Assembly: GCA_016704655.1 (NCBI GenBank)
Contig: JADIZR010000007.1
Span: 1,348-65,347, forward strand
Source: Pseudomonadota bacterium
GTDB lineage: Bacteria; Pseudomonadota; Gammaproteobacteria; Steroidobacterales; Steroidobacteraceae
Length of the DNA: 64,000 nucleotides
Direction of reading: 5' to 3'
Shown: positions 1 to 9,578 of the stretch, piece after piece
How the letters are laid out: each line of letters opens with the position of its first letter
Position numbering within the stretch: position 1 is the first letter of the stretch
Notes under the pieces: model-generated
The model's database searches: none
What the model saw: only the letters and a program-made list of their open reading frames with translations
Told to the model about the DNA's origin: nothing
Translations under genes and position numbers: made by a program

Positions 1-80
1 TAGGCGGCCACGAGCCTGCGGGCCGTCGCCTGCGCATCCGAGCGCTTGCCCGACTCGAGTTGGAACGACGTCAGCGCCAT
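1..80 (-). CDS. partial CDS (5' end only), unknown product
   Basis: ATG at 80-78 on the minus strand overlaps the TGA of the upstream cytochrome gene (ATGA). It reads MALTSFQLESGKRSDAQATARRLVAA and runs off the window. Confidence 0.3.
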   Translation of the reverse strand, partial: MALTSFQLESGKRSDAQATARRLVAA

Positions 81-2257
81 CAGCAGGTCGCGATCGTAAG
101 GCCAGCGCTGGTGGCTTGCTGCAGGCGGCGGATCGATTCCTCCGCCTGCCCCGTCGAATGCAGCGCCACCGCGTAAACGTATGTGTAGCGCGCAGTCGCC
201 GGATCGAGTTCGACCGCACGCCGCAGCGACGACAGCGCGAGTTCCGTCTGCCGCAGTCGCACACGCGCGAGACCCAGCGCGTGGTGCAGCGTGGCGCTCG
301 CAGGCACGTGTTGCAGTCCCTGTTGCAGCATGTCGGCGGCTTCCTGATCACGGCCCTGCACACGCAGCGCGTCTGCCGCATTGACGTAAGCCGGCACGAA
401 CTCCGGGTCGAGCCGGACTGCCGCAGCGAACTGCTCCTGGGCGTCGCCGGTCTCGCCCAATGTCGCCCGGACCCCCCCGAGCGCAACGCGGGACTCCGGC
501 CGATCCGCGTTGTACTGCAGGGTGGCGACGTACTCCTGCAACGCGGTATCCCAGTGTGTTTGCAGTTCTTGCGGCAGCCGGTCCTGGCCGCCCGCCAGCG
601 ACCGCGCCGCCTCGATGCGAACGGCGCGCGTGGCATCGCCGAGCAGCGGCCCAAGAACCGCGGCGCGCGCTTCGGCGGGCATCACGTCGGCCAGCTGCAC
701 CGTTGCCAGTCGCACCAGCGGACTGGCGTCCTGCGACATGCGCTGCGCGAAGTCGCGCGTGAACTGGCCGCTGCCGGCGAGTCGCGCGAGCGCAGAGGCA
801 CGCACGATGGCGGGTTGCGCCGTGTCGCCAGCGACACCAGCGAGCCGATCCAGTGCGGACGGTTCGCCACCTTCTGCTGCGTGAAAGACCGACGCGAACG
901 TCTGGTAGCCCGTGGCGTCGCGGCCGAGCCAGTCGTGCACCGCTTTGGCCGCCCACTTCACATCGTGGTCGGTGTGGCACGCATTGCAGGCATTCGGCAC
1001 GCCGAGCGCCACGCTTTCATCGGGTCGTGGCACACGCATGCTGTGATCGCGCCGCGAATCGACCACCATGTACGTGGTCTGCGGCATGTGGCAGTTGACG
1101 CACTGCGCGCCCGCGGTGCCCGGCTCGTGACGATGGTGCGCGGCCACGTCGTACTTCTGGGCATCGTGACACTGCGCACAGACTGCATTACCGGGGGCTC
1201 GCAGCTTCTGCGTGTGCGGATCGTGGCAGTCGCTGCAGGTGACGCCGGCCGCGTGCATGCGGCTCTGCAGCCACGAGCCCCAGATGAACACCTCGTCCTG
1301 CTGCTGGCCATCGACGTGGTACAGCGCGGGCGTCAGCAGTGTAGGCAGGTAGTGATCGAGGAACGGACGCCCAGGCTCGTACCCTTCGGCGATCTGCGCA
1401 CGACGCGCATGACATTGGGCACAAACCTCGATTTCGCGCTCGGTCTGGCGCGGCTTGCTGCGCACGGGCTTTCCAGCCTCGTCGCGGACCCATGCCACGC
1501 CACGCCGCTCGTCGAGCTGCACGGTCAGCCCCTTGCCCGGCTCGTTGCCTTTGCGCTGGGCCCACTGCAGGTGTGCCGAGCCGGGCCCGTGACACGCTTC
1601 GCAACCCACCGCGATTTCGGCGTAAGTCGTCTTGAACGAATCTGCCGTGGCGTCGTAGCCCTTGCTCACCTGGGTCGAGTGGCAGTCGGCGCACATGAAG
1701 TTCCAGTTCTGCGACCGACGCGTCCAGTGGAGTTCGTCCGTGTGGTCGATCTGCTCGTCGGGATACTGGCGGAACCAGCGCTGGCCACCGTGTTCGCGCG
1801 GCCGCGCATCCCAGGTCACGGCGGCGGCCTGCAGGCGCCCGCCGGGCAGTTCGACCAGGTACTGCTGCAGAGGCGCGATGCCGAACGTGTACTTGACCTC
1901 GAAGTCCGCGAGCTGGCCGTCGGGTCCGTCCGTACGGATGAAATACTTGTCGTCGCGACGGAAGAAGCTGGTCTGGACGCCCTGGAAGCTGTAGGTCGCG
2001 TCGTTGAAGTTTCCCAGCACGGCCTGCTCGGTGGCGTGCTGCATGGCGACGGCGTGCTGCGAGGACTGCCAGGCTTTCGATTCGGCCGCGTGACATTGCG
2101 CGCAGGACTGCGAGCCGACGTAGGCAGCCGCGGCGGCGACTGTCTCGCTTACTGCCGTCGCCGCGGGCACGCCTGGCTGGCGCCCGGCGAGGAAATGCCA
2201 GGCAGCCAGGGCGAGCATCGCAATGCCCGCCAGCACGCTGATCCGCAACACGGTCAT
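80..2257 (-). CDS. octahaem c-type cytochrome with C-terminal TPR domain
   Basis: ORF 80..2362 (-). Likely start is at MTVLRISVLAGIAMLALAAW (membrane anchor or signal). Eight CXXCH motifs (CAQCH, CADCH, CEACH, CAQCH, CSDCH, CAQCH, CVNCH, CNACH) are followed by ~250 aa of TPR-like repeats. Confidence 0.85.
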   Translation of the reverse strand: MTVLRISVLAGIAMLALAAWHFLAGRQPGVPAATAVSETVAAAAAYVGSQSCAQCHAAESKAWQSSQHAVAMQHATEQAVLGNFNDATYSFQGVQTSFFRRDDKYFIRTDGPDGQLADFEVKYTFGIAPLQQYLVELPGGRLQAAAVTWDARPREHGGQRWFRQYPDEQIDHTDELHWTRRSQNWNFMCADCHSTQVSKGYDATADSFKTTYAEIAVGCEACHGPGSAHLQWAQRKGNEPGKGLTVQLDERRGVAWVRDEAGKPVRSKPRQTEREIEVCAQCHARRAQIAEGYEPGRPFLDHYLPTLLTPALYHVDGQQQDEVFIWGSWLQSRMHAAGVTCSDCHDPHTQKLRAPGNAVCAQCHDAQKYDVAAHHRHEPGTAGAQCVNCHMPQTTYMVVDSRRDHSMRVPRPDESVALGVPNACNACHTDHDVKWAAKAVHDWLGRDATGYQTFASVFHAAEGGEPSALDRLAGVAGDTAQPAIVRASALARLAGSGQFTRDFAQRMSQDASPLVRLATVQLADVMPAEARAAVLGPLLGDATRAVRIEAARSLAGGQDRLPQELQTHWDTALQEYVATLQYNADRPESRVALGGVRATLGETGDAQEQFAAAVRLDPEFVPAYVNAADALRVQGRDQEAADMLQQGLQHVPASATLHHALGLARVRLRQTELALSSLRRAVELDPATARYTYVYAVALHSTGQAEESIRRLQQATSAGLTIATC

Positions 2258-2288
2258 CCCGCTCGATCCATTTGCAAAGACTTCGGGC

Positions 2289-4359
2289 TCAGGGTGCTGG
2301 CGGGGCCGGGACGAACGCTTTCGTTCCAGGCATGATCTCGAAATACTGATCGAACTCGCCAAGGCTCCCCATCAGTTGCTTCAGCACGTCCGCATTGCCG
2401 GCCAGGCTGGCCCGGCCGGCGGCGGCCTGGGAGGCGAATGTCGCTTTGCGCATCATGATCGGCTCGAGGTCCGCGCGGTTGATCGTGATGGTGAGGTCCG
2501 CGTCCTGCGCCTGGTACCCCTGGATGTTCGTCAGCGTCGCATGGCTGAGTTCGAGCACATGCTGTTCACCGTTGTCGGGCGTCACGAGGTTGATCCTGAA
2601 GGCCAGCCCGTCCGCCTTGCGGCTGTCGAGCAGGATACCCAGGTAGTCGAGCCACAGTTCCGTCGTCATGGCGCGCACGGTGTCCGGCGAAGCCGACTGC
2701 GGCAGCAGGCCGCTCGGGATGCCCGACCGCAGTTCATGCGCAGCGGCGAGGAAGCTGTTGCGCAGGCTCGAGCTTTCCTTCTGGTAGCCCACCTGTTCGA
2801 AAGCGTCGGCGAGCAGGTTCCTGGCGGCCTGGTTTGGCGGGCTGCGCGAACACGAGCTTGTTCAGCAGCTCGATCGCCAGCCGATACTCGCCGGCCGCGT
2901 ACAGTTCGCGGGATCGCGCGACGATCTTGTCGGCACCTCCCATCATTTCGACGTACAGCGGCGCGGAATCCCGCGGCGAGGTCGGCACGAGCGTGGCCGG
3001 ATTGCCGTCCCAGTAACCGAGGTAGCGATTGATGACCGCACGGCTGTTGTGTTCTTCCGACCCGTGGTAACTGCGCGCTGCCCAATCCTGCTGCAGGCTG
3101 GCGGGCAGGCGGTAAACATTCTGGATCTCGTTGATCGTCACGCCCTGGTTCGCGAAGTGCAGCACGTCGTTGTTCAGGTTCGCGTACGCGTCGCGCTGTG
3201 TGCGCATGACTTCCTGGATGCGGGCGTTGCCCCAGCGGGGCCAGGTGTGCGCTGCAAACATCACCTCGGCCTGCGGGCCGAAGCGGTACAGGGCCGCGTT
3301 GATGTATTTCGACCATTGCAGCGCATCGCGGACGAGCGCTCCGCGCAGCGTGTAGATGTTGTGGATCGTGGCCGTGATGTTCTCCGCGGCCCAGAACGCC
3401 TTGAACTGCGGGAACCAGGTATTCATTTCGGCCGGCGCTTCGGTGCCCGGCGTGTTCTGGAACACCATCGTCACGCCATCGACGACGATTTCCTCTATGT
3501 CTTTGGCTACGAGCCGCGTAGGTGCGATCAGGCCCGTGGTACCCGAGGAGGCCCGCTTGCCGATGGCCTGGTCGACATGGCCGAACGGACTGGACGGCAG
3601 CAGCATGCCGTACTGGTACATCGCACGACGGATCATCGCGTTGCCGGCGTAGACATTCTCCGAGATGGCCGCCTCCATGAAGCCGACGGGCGCGATGACC
3701 TGCACCTTGCCCGCCTTGACGTCGGCCTCTTCGATCACGCCGCGCACACCGCCGAAATGGTCGATGTGCGAGTGCGAGTAAACGACTGCCACGACGGGAC
3801 GGGCGCCAAGTTGCTCATTGGCAAATGCGAGCGCCGCGGCGGCAGTTTCCTGCGAGACGAGCGGATCGAAGACGATCCAGCCGGAATCGCCCTTGACGAG
3901 GGTGATGTTGGAGAGGTCGAAGCCGCGCACCTGCCAGATTCGGCCGGGCACGACTTCAAAGAGTCCGTACTGCGCATTGAGCACGGCCTGCCGCTGCAGC
4001 GACGGGTGGATGCTGTCGAAGTCCTCCTTTGTGTCGAGGAACGCGTAGCGGCCGAAATTCCAGGCTGGTGTGCCTCGCGCGGTCTTGATTTCGGTGTACG
4101 TGGGCGCCGCGACGAACCCTCGCTTCGACTCCTCGAAGTCCCGCTTGTCCTCGAACGGCAGCGACGATCGCGCCATGCGCTGCAACGCCACCGTCGCCTG
4201 CGAGGGCGGCTGTGCCTGCGGGTGAACGTGTGCGCTGGGCACAGGATTTCCCACCGCCCCAGTGTCACGGGCTCCCGCATTCAGTGGAGCGCACGCGCCC
4301 CAGACTGTGAGTACCAGCAAAGTCTTGAGACTGTCGAATCCAGCCATGCCACTCTCCAC
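2289..4359 (-). pseudogene. MBL-fold alkyl/aryl-sulfatase (SdsA1/Bds1 type) interrupted by a 1-nt frameshift
   Basis: ORF 2734..4359 has a signal peptide and the MBL motif HSHIDHFGG, and ends ...LNKLVFAQPAKP. The reading continues in another frame as [28 protein letters not shown]... (ORF 2289..2792, SCP2-like C-terminal domain). Dropping one base of the TTT run at 2834-2836 restores a single ~690-aa ORF. Confidence 0.8.
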
Positions 4360-4407
4360 TGCAGCGTTCTCCGCGGGCGACGCGCCGCGCGGCGTCCGGT
4401 CACTGTG

Positions 4408-4614
4408 TCAATAAATCCACTGCAGGCGCGTCAGCAAGGTCCTGGTGTTGCCGGTGACGCCGAAGCGGTCGAGGTCGATGTTGCCGTAGCCGATGCTCGC
4501 CTTCCAGCGTTTGTTGGCCCACCAGTTCACACCGGTCCACCAGCCATCCATGGTGCCACCGCGACCAGTGCCTGACGCATCGAAGGCTCCCCTCGTTGCG
4601 CGTTCTCGGCCTTG
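4408..4614 (-). pseudogene. C-terminal remnant of an outer-membrane porin (OprO/P-like)
   Basis: Open frame without a usable start: ...FDASGTGRGGTMDGWWTGVNWWANKRWKASIGYGNIDLDRFGVTGNTRTLLTRLQWIY*. The aromatic-rich beta-strand pattern and terminal aromatic residue are typical of porin C-termini. Only ~69 codons fit between the two sulfatase genes. Confidence 0.35.
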
Positions 4615-4721
4615 TCAGAAAGAAGCCACGGCGCACCGCCCGGGAATCCGCCTGCGGGGGTGGGAATGCAGGCGGCTCCCGCGCGGGCGCCGTGGAATTT
4701 CTGGTCCTGGCGGCGATTGGC

Positions 4722-6272
4722 CTACTGTTTCGAGCCCTGCGTCACCGCCTCCATCACGCGGTCGAGGTTGAAGCTACCCGGCTTCTGCCGCGGTGGAAAC
4801 TCCCTGAAGCTCTGCAGCCACTGGCCGACGTACGCACCGGCCGGCGCGATGGCGAACATGCGCTCCATGTACCAGCGCTGGTACCCCATCGCGTTCTCTT
4901 CCTCGGCGCGCTCGAACGGGTCCATGCGCAGATTCGTAAGCTTCGGCGCCCGCAGCTCGACGAACGGTTCCTGCCAGACCTTGAGACCCTCGGCCTGCTG
5001 CTCGAGGAAGGTCACCTTCAGGTCCTCGTATCGCAGCGCCGCGACGCTGCCGTCGTCGGTCCAGTAAATGAACTCCTTGCGCGGCCACTCCGCCTGGCCC
5101 CTGAGCGCCGGCCCCAGATCGTAACCGTCGAGATGGACCTTGTAGGTCGTCGCACCGATCTTGCGACCCTTGAGCAGGTCGGCCGTGACGTCGGTGTCGC
5201 CCGCTGCGGCCAGGAACGTCGTCAGCATGTCTTCATGGGCACCGATCTCGTTGATCACAGTGCCCGGCTTGATGACGCCAGGCCACTTGATCATGGTCGG
5301 CACACGGTAGCCGCCTTCCCACTGCGTGTTCTTCTCGCCGCGGAACATGGTCGTACCACCGTCAGGCCAGGTGAAGGTCTCGGCGCCGTTGTCGGTCGAG
5401 TACATGACGATGGTGTTTTGCTCGAGCCCCAGTTCCCTGAGCTTGGCGAGCACCTGCCCGACGTGGCCGTCGTGCTCGACCATGCCGTCGGCATAGATGC
5501 CAAGACCGGTCTTGCCCGCGGCCTCCGCGTGCAGGTGGGTGAAAATGTGCATGCGCGTGGAGTTCCACCACAGGAAGAACGGCTTGCGCGACTGCGCTGC
5601 ACGTTCCATGAAGTCGAGCGCCTTTGCCGTCACTTCGCGGTCGATCGTCTCCATGCGCTTTCTGGTCAGCGGACCGGTGTCGGTGATCCGGCCGTCGGCA
5701 AAACTGTGGATGACGCCACGCGGCCCGAACTTCTTCTTGAACTCGGGGTTCTTCGGGTAGTCGACGTTCTCGGGTTCTTCTTCGGCGTTGAGATGGTAGA
5801 GGTTGCCGAAGAACTCATCGAAACCGTGTGCGGTCGGCAACATCGAGTCGCGGTCGCCGAAGTGATTCTTGCCGAACTGCCCGGTGACGTAACCCTGCGC
5901 CCTGAGCAGCGTGGCGATGGTCGGGTCGGCCGCCATCATGCCTTCCGGCGCGCCCGGTAGGCCCACCTTGGTGAGACCGGTGCGGATCGGCGACTGGCCC
6001 GTGATGAATGCCGCGCGACCGGCGGTGCAGCTCTGCTGGCCGTACCAGTCGGTGAACAGCGCGCCTTCGCTGGCGATGCTGTCGATGTTGGGTGTCTTGT
6101 AACCCATCATGCCGCGGTTGTACGCGCTGATGTTGAAGCCGCCGATGTCGTCACCCCAGATGACGAGGATGTTGGGCTTCTGCGTCTGCGTCTGCGCCTG
6201 GGCGGTTCCGCCCAGCACGCCCAGCACCGCGAACAGCGCGGCGCCGAAAACTCCTGCGAATTTCTTTTGCAT
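4722..6272 (-). CDS. arylsulfatase (type I, formylglycine-dependent family)
   Basis: ORF 4722..6386. Likely start is MQKKFAGVFGAALFAVLGVLGGTAQA (signal peptide). N-terminal NILVIWGDDIGG and the active-site region SCTAGRAAFITGQ are present. Stop is TAG. Confidence 0.85.
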   Translation of the reverse strand: MQKKFAGVFGAALFAVLGVLGGTAQAQTQTQKPNILVIWGDDIGGFNISAYNRGMMGYKTPNIDSIASEGALFTDWYGQQSCTAGRAAFITGQSPIRTGLTKVGLPGAPEGMMAADPTIATLLRAQGYVTGQFGKNHFGDRDSMLPTAHGFDEFFGNLYHLNAEEEPENVDYPKNPEFKKKFGPRGVIHSFADGRITDTGPLTRKRMETIDREVTAKALDFMERAAQSRKPFFLWWNSTRMHIFTHLHAEAAGKTGLGIYADGMVEHDGHVGQVLAKLRELGLEQNTIVMYSTDNGAETFTWPDGGTTMFRGEKNTQWEGGYRVPTMIKWPGVIKPGTVINEIGAHEDMLTTFLAAAGDTDVTADLLKGRKIGATTYKVHLDGYDLGPALRGQAEWPRKEFIYWTDDGSVAALRYEDLKVTFLEQQAEGLKVWQEPFVELRAPKLTNLRMDPFERAEEENAMGYQRWYMERMFAIAPAGAYVGQWLQSFREFPPRQKPGSFNLDRVMEAVTQGSKQ

Positions 6273-6395
6273 GTTGTCTGGGTCCCCACCCATCAAAGTA
6301 ACTTCTGTAATAGCCGGGTACAGTATCCCGAGGCCTCGCCGGCAAGGCCGGGGCGTAACTTGGCTCAAACGGAGCCATGTGTCCAATGCATGTTT

Positions 6396-6412
6396 GATAT
6401 CGATGCTATATC
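6396..6412. promoter_or_regulatory. candidate LysR-type box in the divergent sulfatase/LysR intergenic region
   Basis: GATAT-N7-ATATC inverted repeat (fits T-N11-A logic) in an AT-rich patch just upstream of the LysR start at 6421. Confidence 0.25.
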
Positions 6413-6420
6413 CTTAACGC

Positions 6421-7464
6421 ATGGCTCTCGAGCTCCAGCAATTGCGCCAGGTGGTCGCGCTGGCCGAACACCGCAGTTTCGTGCGCGCGTCGGCCGCGCT
6501 GCACATCAGCCAGCCCGCACTCTCACGCAGCATCCAGAACCTGGAGCGCCGGTTCGGCAGCAGCCTGTTCCAGCGCTCGACGACCGGCGTCGTGCCCACC
6601 GATCTCGGCCGGTTGTACATCGAGCGAGCGCGCGACCTGCTGCGCATGGCCGACGAACTCGAGAGTGAGGCGATCGGTCATGCGGCGATGCGCACCGGGC
6701 GGGTGGACGTCGGCGGCGGCCCGTACCCGACGGACTCGTTCCTGGGACCGGCGGTGGCGCGCTTCGTCGAGCAGTTTCCACAAGTCAGCGTACAACTGAA
6801 TTCGGGCGACTGGGACGACCTCGTCCACCAGTTGCGCAGCCGGACACTGGATTTTTTCGTGGCGGAAACCAGTCTGCTGGCGCGCGAGCCGGACCTCGAC
6901 GTGGTGCCGATGCCCGTGCGGCACCCCGTGTACTTCTTTGCGCGCGCCGGCCATCCCCTGACGACGAGCGGTGCGACGATTCGGGCAGCCGACGTGATGA
7001 CCTGGCCCTTCGTCACTCCTTCGCGAATCCCGCCCCGAGTGCTCGATCCCATGCTGGCTGCGCACCGCGAAGGATCGTCGCGACTGCCATCGGCACGGCC
7101 TTTTCCCGCGATCGCTTGCAATGGTCTCGCACCGGTGAAGCGCATCGTCGCGGCTTCGGATGTCGTGTCGGCTTCGATCCTGCCCTGCATCGCGGAGGAC
7201 CTCGACAGCGGACGCTTCAAGTTGCTCGCCACGGAGCCGTGGATGCACCTGCAGTACGGCCTCGTCAGTCTGCGCGGTCGGCCATGGACCCAGACAGCCG
7301 ATACAATGCGTGAGTTCGTGTTCGATGCCGAGCGCGACGCGACGCAGCTCGAGCGCAGGTTGCTGGAGAATCATGCCCCGCAGAGACGCGCCAGGAGCGC
7401 TCGAGCGAAGAGAGCCGTTCGCTCCAGGCACGTGGCGGGGCAGGCCCGGATCGGACGCGGCTGA
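6421..7464 (+). CDS. LysR family transcriptional regulator
   Basis: N-terminal HTH LRQVVALAEHRSFVRASAALHISQPALSRSIQNLERRFG. The gene is divergent from the arylsulfatase gene. Confidence 0.85.
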   Translation: MALELQQLRQVVALAEHRSFVRASAALHISQPALSRSIQNLERRFGSSLFQRSTTGVVPTDLGRLYIERARDLLRMADELESEAIGHAAMRTGRVDVGGGPYPTDSFLGPAVARFVEQFPQVSVQLNSGDWDDLVHQLRSRTLDFFVAETSLLAREPDLDVVPMPVRHPVYFFARAGHPLTTSGATIRAADVMTWPFVTPSRIPPRVLDPMLAAHREGSSRLPSARPFPAIACNGLAPVKRIVAASDVVSASILPCIAEDLDSGRFKLLATEPWMHLQYGLVSLRGRPWTQTADTMREFVFDAERDATQLERRLLENHAPQRRARSARAKRAVRSRHVAGQARIGRG

Positions 7465-7483
7465 GCCAGTCACTGGAGCAAAC

Positions 7484-7915
7484 ATGTCCTGCCTGAAGCC
7501 CTTCCCTCGTGGCCTGCTGAGCCTGGTGCTGTTGCTTGCCGGATGCACTGCGACGCCAGTCGTGCCCGCATCCGGCACTGGCACGGCCACCAGCAAGGTG
7601 ACTGGTTCCGTAACGTACCGTGAGCGCATCGCGCTGCCGCCGTCGGCAGTAGTCACCGTGAAGCTGGTCGATGTTTCACTGGCTGATGCACCTGCCGTGC
7701 TGATCGCCGAACAGGTCATCGCCACGGCGGGACGACAGGTCTCGTTCGAATTCGCACTCGCGTACGACGCGTCGCGTATCCAGCCCTCCCATACCTACGC
7801 CGTGCAGGTGCGCATCGAGGATGGCGGCAAACTGTTATTCATCAGCGACACAGTGAACCGCGTCATCACGCGGGACGCGCCCACCCAGCTGGACATTGTC
7901 GTGCGACGGATCTGA
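7484..7915 (+). CDS. YbaY-like lipoprotein
   Basis: MSCLKPFPRGLLSLVLLLAGC lipobox. The body (VTGSVTYRERIALPPSAVVTVKLVDVSLADAP...) resembles YbaY family proteins. Confidence 0.6.
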   Translation: MSCLKPFPRGLLSLVLLLAGCTATPVVPASGTGTATSKVTGSVTYRERIALPPSAVVTVKLVDVSLADAPAVLIAEQVIATAGRQVSFEFALAYDASRIQPSHTYAVQVRIEDGGKLLFISDTVNRVITRDAPTQLDIVVRRI

Positions 7916-7974
7916 GACTGCGGACTGACGACGTCGCAGGCGCGACAGCGGCTGATCGCGAGAGCAGCGTCCGT

Positions 7975-8883
7975 TCAGCCGAAGTGGTTCAACGCCGCGA
8001 GCGCGACCTCATCACCCCACTCCTGCACGAAGTGCCCGGCCTCGGCCAATTCGAGCGGCGGTGCGCAATTCCGGATGAGCCGACGCAGCGCGTGCATCGC
8101 CGGCGGTGGAATCACGGTGTCCTGCATGCCGATGGCCATGAACGCCTGACCCTGCCACTGGTCGCGCCACCAGCGTGCTGCTGCGCGCGACGTTTCCGCG
8201 CCGTCCGCGTCCGGGTGATCGCACACGAGATTCGGAAAGCGGCGGGCGCCCGCCTTGAACCGCTGGTCCGGGAATGGCGCGTCGTAGGCGGCCGCCTCGT
8301 CGTCCGTGAGGTGCCCGCAGACGCGCTGCATCAGCGCGCCGACGCGCAGATCCGGGTTCGCGTTGACCCACGCGCGCCAGGCGTCAAAGCCTGCACCCAG
8401 TGACTGCGTGCCAGTTGCCAGCGCCGTATTCATGACCAGCAGACGCGTGAAACGCTGCGGGTCGTCCATCGGCAATGTCAGGCCGAGGATGCCACCCCAG
8501 TCCTGGCAGGCGAGCGTGATGTTGCCCAGGTCGAGCGCCCGCACGAACGCCTGCAGCGAATCGCGGTGCCGCGTAAATGTGTACCAGGCGTCGTCAACGG
8601 GTTTGTCCGAGCGCCCGAAGCCGAAAAAGTCGGGCGCAACCACACGCGCGCCGGAGCCGAGCAACACGGGAATCATCCGCCGGTACAGGTAACTCCACGT
8701 GGGTTGCCCGTGCAGGCACAGGAACACATGGCCGGCGTCGCGCGGGCCTTCGTCGAGGTAATGCATGCGCAGGCCTTCGAAGCCCGGCAGGTTTTCGGCG
8801 TAGTGTGGAGCGAACGAGCAACCCGGCAAGTCGTCGAATCGTTCGTCAGGCGTGCGCATGAATTCCGGTGTCGAAGCTGCCAT
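7975..8883 (-). CDS. haloalkane dehalogenase-type alpha/beta hydrolase
   Basis: HGQPTWSYLYRRMIP and the nucleophile elbow CQDWGG. Start chosen at MAASTPEFMRTPDERFDDLPG. Confidence 0.8.
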   Translation of the reverse strand: MAASTPEFMRTPDERFDDLPGCSFAPHYAENLPGFEGLRMHYLDEGPRDAGHVFLCLHGQPTWSYLYRRMIPVLLGSGARVVAPDFFGFGRSDKPVDDAWYTFTRHRDSLQAFVRALDLGNITLACQDWGGILGLTLPMDDPQRFTRLLVMNTALATGTQSLGAGFDAWRAWVNANPDLRVGALMQRVCGHLTDDEAAAYDAPFPDQRFKAGARRFPNLVCDHPDADGAETSRAAARWWRDQWQGQAFMAIGMQDTVIPPPAMHALRRLIRNCAPPLELAEAGHFVQEWGDEVALAALNHFG

Positions 8884-8937
8884 CGTGGTGTCCTCTCGAT
8901 TCGGTTGGCGATCAGCCGCGCGGGCGCTCACCCGGAT

Positions 8938-9558
8938 TCAGCGCCTCTCGGTCAGGAGATTCAACCGCAGCGCCTCGTCGACGGTGAGGTCGCGAATCCG
9001 GTCGTGCGGAATGGTGTCCATGATGTTCGCGACTTCGGCGTGCACTCCCATCTCGGCCAGGTACTCGACCACCTGCGTCCTGACGACATGCCGGAAAGCG
9101 TCTTCGTCGCGGACAGGCACGCGATTCTCCGCCCGGTGCAACCCGACTGCGGATCCCGCCTCCACCGAACGCCGAACACCACCGGCGAGGACGAAAGGAC
9201 ACGCGCTGTGACACGTCCCCGCCGTTGCCCGGGCCGCGTCCATCGTGCGGGTTCCAACGCGCGTGTCGAATGCGTGTTCGCGCAGCACACGCCCGAGCTG
9301 CATCGCGGTCACGAGACTGCCACCGGGCGAGTTCAGGTAAACGACGGCGCGGGTAATGCGCTCGGTGAGGATCAGTCTCACGACGCGCGACGTCGCTCCT
9401 GGATCGACCGGACCGTCGAGGTAAATCAGCCACTGCCCGTCGCCCTGCAGCCTGCCGGGATAGTCCGGCGCGACAGCCACGACCTGCAAGGCCGCGGGCA
9501 TGTCGGGCGCTGTGGGAGCTGCGATCAGCCCGAGCAAAGTCAGTAACGGCATGCTCAT
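8938..9558 (-). CDS. periplasmic ClpP/crotonase-fold protein (COG3904-like)
   Basis: Signal-like MSMPLLTLLGLIAAP, then VYLNSPGGSLVTAMQLGRVLRE, which resembles the ClpP/SppA Ser region. The function call is weak. Confidence 0.45.
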   Translation of the reverse strand: MSMPLLTLLGLIAAPTAPDMPAALQVVAVAPDYPGRLQGDGQWLIYLDGPVDPGATSRVVRLILTERITRAVVYLNSPGGSLVTAMQLGRVLREHAFDTRVGTRTMDAARATAGTCHSACPFVLAGGVRRSVEAGSAVGLHRAENRVPVRDEDAFRHVVRTQVVEYLAEMGVHAEVANIMDTIPHDRIRDLTVDEALRLNLLTERR

Positions 9559-9578
9559 CTCGGAGTTGGCGTGTCGCG

